Shown here: positions 57,666-64,000 of the stretch, in pieces
Layout: each line of letters begins with the position of its first letter
Numbering within the stretch: the first letter of the stretch is position 1
From: Syntrophaceae bacterium UBA6087
Lineage (GTDB): Bacteria > Desulfobacterota > Desulfomonilia > UBA1062
NCBI GenBank assembly: GCA_002448235.1
Contig: DIXF01000001.1
Coordinates: 137,136 to 201,135, forward strand
Direction of reading: 5' to 3'
DNA length: 64,000 bases
Notes under the pieces: generated by a model
What the model saw: only the letters and a program-made list of their open reading frames with translations
Told to the model about the DNA's origin: nothing
Database searches by the model: none
Position numbers and translations under genes: made by a program

Positions 57666-58154
57666 TTAGGAGGCGCAGTCGCTCATATCGCCGCCGAGCT
57701 TGGACAGGGCATGCGTCAATGCAGGCGCAACGCTCTCCAGGCACTCGGTCGCCCCTTTCGGACTGCCCGGGAGGTTGATGATCAGGGTTCTCTTCCTGAC
57801 TCCCACAACCGCCCTCGAAATCATGGCATGAGGCGTTTTCTGAAGGCTTACGCTCCGCATGACTTCTTCCATGCCGGGAACGCGCTTATCGATGACGGAC
57901 AACGTGGCCTCAGGGGTGACGTCCCTGTCGGAGAGGCCGGTGCCCCCCGTTGTAATGATAAGATCGAGACAGATCTCGTCGGTCCAGGAGACGAGCATGC
58001 TCCTGATGAGCTCGGTCTCGTCCGGGATGATCTCGTAGCGCTCGACTGAGATACCCAAACCTTTGAGAATGGCCTGGACGAGCTCGCCGCTCTTGTCTTC
58101 GCGCTGTCCTCTGGATCCTTTATCGCTTAAGGTGAGCACACCTGCTTTTTTCAT
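57666..58154 (-). CDS. moaB: Molybdenum cofactor biosynthesis protein MoaB/MogA family.
   Basis: The internal start MKKAGVLTLSDKGSRGQREDKSGE is followed by LDLIITTGGTGLSDRDVTPEA. It is ATGA-coupled to the upstream hypothetical gene. Confidence 0.8.
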   Translation of the reverse strand: MKKAGVLTLSDKGSRGQREDKSGELVQAILKGLGISVERYEIIPDETELIRSMLVSWTDEICLDLIITTGGTGLSDRDVTPEATLSVIDKRVPGMEEVMRSVSLQKTPHAMISRAVVGVRKRTLIINLPGSPKGATECLESVAPALTHALSKLGGDMSDCAS

Positions 58155-58585
58155 TTCTTCACCTGTTTGAGCCGCTGCTGGGCAAGGACAACCAATGCCC
58201 TGGGAACGCCTTTTGACTTTGCCAGGCTCGCAAGCTCCCGCTGTTTGAGAAACGCCACCTGCTTCATCGCCTCCGGCAAAGGGGTCTTGGGGTTGTTCGC
58301 CAGGGCAACCCTGATCTGGTAGTTCCTCAGCCATTCGCGGTTGACCGTAATGTGCTTGAGCACTTCCTCATTGACCTGCCTGTTGTTTGCAACCATCAGG
58401 ACCTCGCCTTCCGTGATCTTCGGCGACTGGATGACCGCAAGCTGAACGAGCTTGTTCGAATCGCGCATGAGGATGGTCCTTGCTTCTTTGCTGCCCTTAT
58501 GCGCGAGATCCATCTTCTCGGCCACGCTCATGGCCTGTATGGTCTGGAACAGATTCTTGGTGCCGTCTGTTTCGTTATTTTCCAT
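58151..58585 (-). CDS. Hypothetical protein of unknown function, possibly an alpha-helical repeat protein.
   Basis: 144-aa ORF lying between the EF-G paralog gene and moaB, overlapping both. No motif was recognised. The start codon is uncertain. Confidence 0.4.
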   Translation of the reverse strand: MENNETDGTKNLFQTIQAMSVAEKMDLAHKGSKEARTILMRDSNKLVQLAVIQSPKITEGEVLMVANNRQVNEEVLKHITVNREWLRNYQIRVALANNPKTPLPEAMKQVAFLKQRELASLAKSKGVPRALVVLAQQRLKQVKK

Positions 58586-60659
58586 CTTTCTCCGCGTTCA
58601 CCTCTGCCACGACCTTTTCCTGGATGCTGTACGGGACAGGCTCCATGTGGGAAAAGCTCATGGTGTACGTGCCTCTGCCCGAGGTCAGGGAGGTGAGGTT
58701 CGGGGCATAGGTGAGCACTTCCGCGAGCGGCACCTGGGCCTTCAGCTCCTGGTACTTTCCGCGGGCGTTCATGCCCTCTATCTTTGCCCGTCTGGTGTTG
58801 AGGTCGCCCATGATGTCACCCATGGTTTCCTCGGGGATCACGACCGTAATGTTCATGATGGGTTCCAGCAGGATGGGGCGGCATTCCTCCATGGCCTTTT
58901 TGAAAGCCAGAGATCCGGCGATCTTGAACGCCATTTCCGAGGAGTCCACTTCATGGTAGGAGCCGAAGTCCAGAGTCACCCGTATGTCCACAACCGGGTT
59001 TCCGGTCAGCGGGCCGTGCTGCATGGATTCGATCACGCCTTTTTCCACGGCGGGGATGTAGGTCTTGGGAATGACGCCGCCGACGATGGCGTTTACGAAC
59101 TCAAATCCCTTTCCCCTCTCCTGGGGCTCGACCTTTATCCAGCAGTCGCCGTACTGGCCGTGGCCGCCGGTCTGTTTCTTATGCTTGCCCTGGACCCTGC
59201 AGGTCCCGGTGATGGTCTCTTTGTACGGAACTTTCGGCGTTTTCAGCTCCACTTCGACGCCGAACCTTCTCTTCAGCCTGTCCACGGCGATCTCGATGTG
59301 GAGCTGGCCCAAGCCGGAAAGGATAAATTCGCCGGTCTGCTCGTCACGGTATACCGTGAGCACCGGGTCTTCATCCATGAGCTTATGCATGGCGGGCATG
59401 ATCTTCTCCACATCCGCCTTGGTCTTGGGGTTCACGGCCATGTTCATGATGGTTTCCGGGAACTCGGGCGAGGGCAGCACAAAGTTCACCGAGTCGCTCA
59501 GGAGGGTATCTCCGGTCTTGGTTTCTTTCAGCTTTGCGATGGCGAAGATGTCTCCGGGTCCGATTTCCTCAAGAGGCTTCTGCGCCTTGCCTTCCAGGAG
59601 CATCAACGTTCCGATCCTCTCCTTTACGCCACGTGAGGAGTTGAACACGGAAGAGTCAGGAGTCAGTTTCCCGGAATAGCAGCGGATGATGCTCAGCGTG
59701 CCCGTATAGGGATCGCTCATGGTCTTGAAAACGTATCCGCAGAACATCTGATCTTCGCTTGGCTTAAGCTCCTTCTTTTCACCCTGCTTGTTCGTCAGTT
59801 CGGGCAATTTGCCGTTCAGAGGGCTTAAGCCCGAGTTGTTGATGAAGTCCATCAGGGGCTGCACACCGATGTTCAACAGGGCCGAGCCGGCGAACACCGG
59901 GAGGAACACACCGCCTGCCAGGCCTGCAGAGAGGGCCGAGGCGAGCTCTTCCGTGGTCAGTTCGCTGCCTTCGAGGTATTTTTCCATCAGGGCATCGTCT
60001 ACCTCTGCGAGGTCTTCCACCACCCTTCCGTATACTTCTTCGGCCTTGTCCTTCAGGTCGGCCGGGATATCCGTCTCGCTGAACTTGCCCGAGCCGTCTT
60101 TTTCAAAGATGAGCGCCTTTTTTCTCAGCACGTCGATCACGCCTTTGAAGTTATCTTCCGCGCCGATGGGCATCGTCAGGATCAGGGGCTTTATTTCGAA
60201 TACTTCCTGGATATCGGCTAGGACCTGATCGAAATCGGCACGCTCGCGGTCGATCTTGTTGATGAAACAGAAAGCCGCGAGGCCTTCTTTTTTCACGAGA
60301 TTCCACAGGTTCTCGGAGTGCGGTTTGATGGAGTCTATGGCATCGATGACAAAGAGCGCGTTGTCGGATGATTTCAGTCCGAGGATAGACTCCGAAGAAA
60401 AGTTCGAATCGCCGGGGGTGTCGAGAATGGTCACTCCGATGTTCTTCCATTTATAATTATGAAGTGCGCTGAAAATGGATGACTGCCGTTTCTGCTCTTC
60501 GGGTTCGAAATCCAGTATGGAGTTGCCTTCCAGTACCTTACCCAGACGTGTAGTCGCCTTCGCATTAAACAGGAGAGCTTCACCCAAAGAAGTCTTGCCC
60601 GATCCCGAATGAGATAGAATGACTACATCCCTTACATTTTCAGTCCGATATCTCCTCAT
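58575..60659 (-). CDS. Elongation factor G-family translational GTPase, a divergent paralog of EF-G2 type.
   Basis: Five-domain EF-G architecture with domain IV/V patterns (HEVDSSEMAFKIAGSLAFKKAMEE). The G1 motif is atypical, ILSHSGSGKTSL, where AHxDAGKTT would be expected. The internal start MRRYRT is preferred. Confidence 0.85.
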   Translation of the reverse strand: MRRYRTENVRDVVILSHSGSGKTSLGEALLFNAKATTRLGKVLEGNSILDFEPEEQKRQSSIFSALHNYKWKNIGVTILDTPGDSNFSSESILGLKSSDNALFVIDAIDSIKPHSENLWNLVKKEGLAAFCFINKIDRERADFDQVLADIQEVFEIKPLILTMPIGAEDNFKGVIDVLRKKALIFEKDGSGKFSETDIPADLKDKAEEVYGRVVEDLAEVDDALMEKYLEGSELTTEELASALSAGLAGGVFLPVFAGSALLNIGVQPLMDFINNSGLSPLNGKLPELTNKQGEKKELKPSEDQMFCGYVFKTMSDPYTGTLSIIRCYSGKLTPDSSVFNSSRGVKERIGTLMLLEGKAQKPLEEIGPGDIFAIAKLKETKTGDTLLSDSVNFVLPSPEFPETIMNMAVNPKTKADVEKIMPAMHKLMDEDPVLTVYRDEQTGEFILSGLGQLHIEIAVDRLKRRFGVEVELKTPKVPYKETITGTCRVQGKHKKQTGGHGQYGDCWIKVEPQERGKGFEFVNAIVGGVIPKTYIPAVEKGVIESMQHGPLTGNPVVDIRVTLDFGSYHEVDSSEMAFKIAGSLAFKKAMEECRPILLEPIMNITVVIPEETMGDIMGDLNTRRAKIEGMNARGKYQELKAQVPLAEVLTYAPNLTSLTSGRGTYTMSFSHMEPVPYSIQEKVVAEVNAEKDGK

Positions 60660-60775
60660 CTGTTCTCCCTTCCATGACCAATATAGAGCATAGGCTATTA
60701 TCCGAAAACATGTAGGCAAGTCAAGCCGGACGAGGGGATTGCTTTGGATTGCGGGCTTGATATATGATAAACGCC

Positions 60776-61705
60776 ATGTGGAAAGATATCATCGGCTGCG
60801 AAAGCCAGATCGAAGAGCTCAAAGGCTATATCAAGACCGGCAAGCTGCCCCATGCATTCCTTTTTGCAGGTATGGCGGGACTCGGGAAAACAAAAACGGC
60901 CCGGGAATTTTTTAAGGCGGTCAATTGCTCCGGCAGTACGGGAGACGGTTGCGACTCCTGCCGCACCTGCCTCAAGGTCCTGAACGGGTCTCACCCCGAC
61001 CTTGTCTCGGTTAGCCCGTCGAACGGCTGGATAGTGGTCGAGGACATCCGCACGATGATCTCGGAGGTGGGCTTGAAGCCTTTCGAGGCCAGGACGAGGT
61101 TTATCATTATCGAACCCGCCGAACGGATGAACAAGGCAAGCTCCAATGCCCTGCTCAAAACGCTCGAAGAGCCTCCGGACGGCTCCCTCATCATCCTCAT
61201 CAGCCACAAGCCCGCCCTGTTGCTTCCTACCATCGTCTCTCGCTGCCAGATAATACGGTTTGCGCCGCTCGATGCGTCCGCCGCTGAGAAGAGCGCTATC
61301 GATCCCGTGCTGCTGCGCCTGACGTCAGGGACCATGGGAGGGTTGCCCTCGGGGGACGCAGAATACCTGCTCGAAGTACGGGAGGCGGTCTTGGATTCGA
61401 TCCGGGACGGCGACCCGGCAGGGCTGGTCAACAAGTATTTTTCGGATGCGGAACAGGGGCCGGAAACGCTCTCGGTCTTTCTCCTCGTGGCAGAGTCGAT
61501 CCTGAGGGACCTCCTCGTGCTTTCACACGGGGGGGGGAGCATCATCAACGAAGAATTGCGGGAGGCCGTACGGCGCGGCATCGGCAGCCAGGGAGCGGAA
61601 GAGATAGCGCTCTGCATCCGGGACATCCGCAGAGGAGTGAACGAGAACATCAACCAGCGTGTCGCAATGAGCGACCTGCTTTTCAGGCTGAAGGGGATCG
61701 TTTGA
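60776..61705 (+). CDS. holB: DNA polymerase III delta-prime subunit.
   Basis: GKLPHAFLFAGMAGLGKTKTAREF... is a Walker-A-like motif. A zinc module reads CSGSTGDGCDSCRTC, followed by HPDL. Length is about 310 aa. Confidence 0.8.
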   Translation: MWKDIIGCESQIEELKGYIKTGKLPHAFLFAGMAGLGKTKTAREFFKAVNCSGSTGDGCDSCRTCLKVLNGSHPDLVSVSPSNGWIVVEDIRTMISEVGLKPFEARTRFIIIEPAERMNKASSNALLKTLEEPPDGSLIILISHKPALLLPTIVSRCQIIRFAPLDASAAEKSAIDPVLLRLTSGTMGGLPSGDAEYLLEVREAVLDSIRDGDPAGLVNKYFSDAEQGPETLSVFLLVAESILRDLLVLSHGGGSIINEELREAVRRGIGSQGAEEIALCIRDIRRGVNENINQRVAMSDLLFRLKGIV

Positions 61706-61724
61706 AGGGCCTTACCCCCTGATC

Positions 61725-62417
61725 CTATAACGGCCGCTTGAAGGTGGACTTTTTCGGCCGTCTTTTCAGCAGCACATAAAGAGCCCCGGTCCCTCCGTCG
61801 CAGGGTCTGGCCGAGCAGAACGCCAGGACCAGATGCGAGAGGCTGCCGGTCGTGAGCCGCCTGACGAGATATTCTTTCAGCACGGGGCCTCCGCTCGACT
61901 TGAGCCCCCTGCCGTGAATGATGAGCACGAGCCGGTAGCCCAGGGCATGGCCGTTAGCGATGAACGACTGCAGCGCCTGTTCCGCCGCCGGCTTTGTATG
62001 GCCATGCAGATCGAGATGCGCCTGTATGGTGAATTCCCCGGCTTTGAGCTTTCGCATGGTGTTCGGGTCGACCGGAACGGCATGGCCTTCCAGATATTCG
62101 CCGGTACAGGTGATATCGAATCGTGTGGTACCGCTGACGAGCCCGTGGAGGATATCGATGACCTCCTGATCCTGCCGTTTCAGGTTTTCCCGGATCGAAC
62201 CAACCGTTTTTTTCGGGTCTGCCGGCTCCGGTGCGACGAGATCGTTGTCCATGGGGGCAACCCCCTTCATGGCCAGCGTGAACAAGTCTTTGTCATCGGG
62301 GTCGCGCTTGCAGGGAGCGGCTTTCTTTTCCCCGGGAGGCGACGTCTTCTTGGACGGAATTTTTACCCCTTTGAGTTTTTTGAAGGGGCCGTGGAAGGGT
62401 TCCTCTTTTTTTGCCAT
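61725..62417 (-). CDS. Smr-domain protein (MutS2 C-terminal-like nicking-endonuclease domain) with a basic, disordered N-terminus.
   Basis: The C-terminal sequence LDLHGHTKPAAEQALQSFIANGHALGYRLVLIIHGRG is the Smr signature. Confidence 0.75.
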   Translation of the reverse strand: MAKKEEPFHGPFKKLKGVKIPSKKTSPPGEKKAAPCKRDPDDKDLFTLAMKGVAPMDNDLVAPEPADPKKTVGSIRENLKRQDQEVIDILHGLVSGTTRFDITCTGEYLEGHAVPVDPNTMRKLKAGEFTIQAHLDLHGHTKPAAEQALQSFIANGHALGYRLVLIIHGRGLKSSGGPVLKEYLVRRLTTGSLSHLVLAFCSARPCDGGTGALYVLLKRRPKKSTFKRPL

Positions 62418-62430
62418 GTATCATTCCTTA

Positions 62431-62551
62431 GCAAAAAAAAAAGGCCCACTCAATCAAGAGGTGGTAGTGGGCCCAAAAAGGAGGTCTATAGCCCTTGAAA
62501 GAAATGCTATAGGCTAGTGCCCACATATAACGCCTATTTTATCTGTGTCAA
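62431..62551 (-). ncRNA. Candidate small RNA or leader-attenuator. A sigma-70-like promoter, two hairpins and a strong intrinsic terminator lie immediately upstream of the Smr gene RBS.
   Basis: On the minus strand: TTGACA (62551-62546), a 16-nt spacer, then TATATG (62529-62524). Next a hairpin GCCTATAGC...GCTATAG. Then GGCCCACT-ACCACCTCTTGATTG-AGTGGGCC followed by T10 (62474-62431). The Smr ATG lies 14 nt downstream. Confidence 0.3.
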
Positions 62552-62605
62552 ATACAATTATCTTATGATATACTTAAAGAAAAGTAAATCCGATGCGGGG
62601 AGTAG

Positions 62606-63520
62606 ATGAACATCCACCAGGTTCATATTTTCAATATTGCGGCAAAAACCTTGAGCATCACGAAGACTGCCAAAAAGATGCACCTCTCGCAGCCTTCCGT
62701 GAGCATTCAGATCAAGGACCTGGAAGATTCCCTGAACGTAAAGCTCTTCGAGCGGATCAACCGGAAAATTACGCTGACCGATGCCGGCAAGGTGTTCTAT
62801 TCCTATTCCGAAAAGCTCCTGAACCTCATCGACGAGGTCAACGCCGTGATGAACCAGTTCAGCTCCGGTGACGTGGGCAAGCTCATTTTAGGCACCTCCA
62901 ACACGGTCGGCATATACGTGCTGCCGCAGTTCTTAGGCGAGTTCAAGGAATTGTTCCCCAAGGCAGCCATATCGATGACGATCCTCAACCGGCAGGAGGC
63001 CCTTGAGCAGTGCATCTCGGGCGAGCTGGACTTTGCCTTCCTCCAGGACCCCCCGAAGCACCCCGACCTGCATGCGGAGTTTTTCATGAAGGACGAGCTC
63101 GTGATCGTGTGTTCGCCGAAGCACCGCTGGGCCAAGAGGGACCACCTTACCCTGAAGATGCTCACCTCTGAGCCCGAGCCGATCATCCTCAGAGAAGAGG
63201 GTTCCGGCACCCGGGGCTTGATCGAATATGTGCTCAAACGCTATGGGATCGAGCGGAACGTCACCATGGAGATGAGCTCTTCGGAGGGTATCAAGCGGGC
63301 CGTGGAAGCGAACTTGGGCGTGGCCGTCCTTTCCAGGAACGTCATCAGGAATGAAGAGAAAAACGGCAGCCTTGTCGCGCTGGACATCAAGGATCTCAAT
63401 ACAAAGAGAGATTTCTATATACTTTATAATAAAAAGCGCAAGTTCATGCCGTTGATGGAAAAATTCCACGACTTCATTATCAAGAAGCGGGCGCTGATCG
63501 ATCCTGCCCTGAGAAATTAA
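62606..63520 (+). CDS. LysR-family transcriptional regulator.
   Basis: The N-terminal HTH reads IHQVHIFNIAAKTLSITKTAKKMHLSQPSVSIQIKDLE. A LysR substrate-binding fold follows. Length is 304 aa. Confidence 0.9.
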   Translation: MNIHQVHIFNIAAKTLSITKTAKKMHLSQPSVSIQIKDLEDSLNVKLFERINRKITLTDAGKVFYSYSEKLLNLIDEVNAVMNQFSSGDVGKLILGTSNTVGIYVLPQFLGEFKELFPKAAISMTILNRQEALEQCISGELDFAFLQDPPKHPDLHAEFFMKDELVIVCSPKHRWAKRDHLTLKMLTSEPEPIILREEGSGTRGLIEYVLKRYGIERNVTMEMSSSEGIKRAVEANLGVAVLSRNVIRNEEKNGSLVALDIKDLNTKRDFYILYNKKRKFMPLMEKFHDFIIKKRALIDPALRN

Positions 63521-63889
63521 ACCCCGAGCCCCGCATACATACCCCGCTTCGAAAGATGAATTTTTACGGGCAACGTTCATTTTCCCTGCTCCGTCCCTCG
63601 TGCCGGAGGTGGAGAAACACGCATGCATGGACCGGATTTCCCCTGAATCCTTCTCCGGGGGGGAGCATCTAAAAGAGCAATGAACGTGGTGGCCGTATTG
63701 TCTGTCAATATGTCTCGTATCGATTAAGGAAGCCGTGAATTCCCCAAGTACGATATAAATTTGCCAAGGGTCCGGCACCGTCGGAAGTGGAAAAAAACGA
63801 GTCACACTGGGGAGAAAGCATCATCTTTTCTTGACACTTTACAAACAGGGATGATATGAATCACCATTCAGAAATTTGCAAGGAGACGG

Positions 63890-64000
63890 TATGCTAGAGA
63901 TCAGATTCCATGGGAGAGGCGGACAGGGAGCTGTCACCTCGGCGGAGCTCATCGCCATTGCAGCGATCAACAAAGGCAATTTCGCTCAAGCATTCCCCAG
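63890..64000 (+). CDS. 2-oxoacid:ferredoxin oxidoreductase gamma subunit (second paralogous locus). It is 5'-partial and continues beyond the window.
   Basis: [36 protein letters not shown] matches the gamma-subunit N-terminus (compare [20 protein letters not shown] at 19111-19677). The RBS is AAGGAGA. Confidence 0.7.

Overview
This 64-kb window is high-GC (~58%), gene-dense bacterial chromosome, and the overall gene content suggests an anaerobic, flagellated deltaproteobacterium-like (Desulfobacterota-type) organism; that taxonomic guess is inference only. Most genes can be assigned from recognisable sequence motifs.

Annotated content, in order along the window:
- A three-gene two-component module on the minus strand: a Cache sensor kinase, a CheY-like regulator, and a REC-PAS-PAS hybrid kinase that is truncated at the window edge.
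- An expanded macromolecular-synthesis operon: rpsU, a YqeY/GatB-domain gene, mutS2, dnaG and rpoD, followed by two intrinsic terminators.
- A porin-like outer-membrane protein, a phosphomanno/phosphoglucomutase, an SH3b-anchor protein and a PLP-dependent dehydratase.
- A four-subunit 2-oxoacid:ferredoxin oxidoreductase operon (gamma, delta, alpha, beta), with a second copy starting at the 3' window edge.
- A GGDEF diguanylate cyclase translationally coupled to a PilZ-domain receptor, then a class A penicillin-binding protein.
- An unusual block of three genes: a Cys-rich/NUDIX/eIF-2B-like fusion protein, an AMP-forming acyl-CoA synthetase, and a PflA-like radical SAM protein. An HD-GYP phosphodiesterase follows.
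- A tightly overlapping flagellar operon, flgB-flgC-fliE-fliF-fliG-fliH-fliI-fliJ plus a MotE-like gene. It is preceded by a sigma-54 promoter, a FleQ-like activator, an 891-aa TPR protein, an NtrC-family regulator and ihfB.
- A pseudouridine synthase gene, a zinc-ribbon hypothetical, sfsA, and thiE-thiC behind a clear TPP riboswitch with its own terminator.
- A site-2 protease gene, trpS, scpA and scpB.
- A CheR methyltransferase translationally coupled to a hybrid histidine kinase whose post-membrane coiled coil is built of Q/E-rich heptads.
- pal, a PilZ-methyltransferase fusion, moaB, an atypical EF-G paralog, holB, a Smr-domain protein and a LysR regulator.

The best candidates for undescribed biology are the CheR/Q-E-heptad kinase pair, the NUDIX-eIF-2B-like fusion with its synthetase and radical SAM neighbours, the PilZ-methyltransferase fusion, a roughly 200-bp giant imperfect palindrome, and a candidate small RNA or attenuator upstream of the Smr gene.

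No CRISPR array, rRNA gene or obvious transposase was found. No tRNA was recognised in a cursory scan. All calls are manual motif-level reading of the supplied ORF translations and DNA; no database searches were run.
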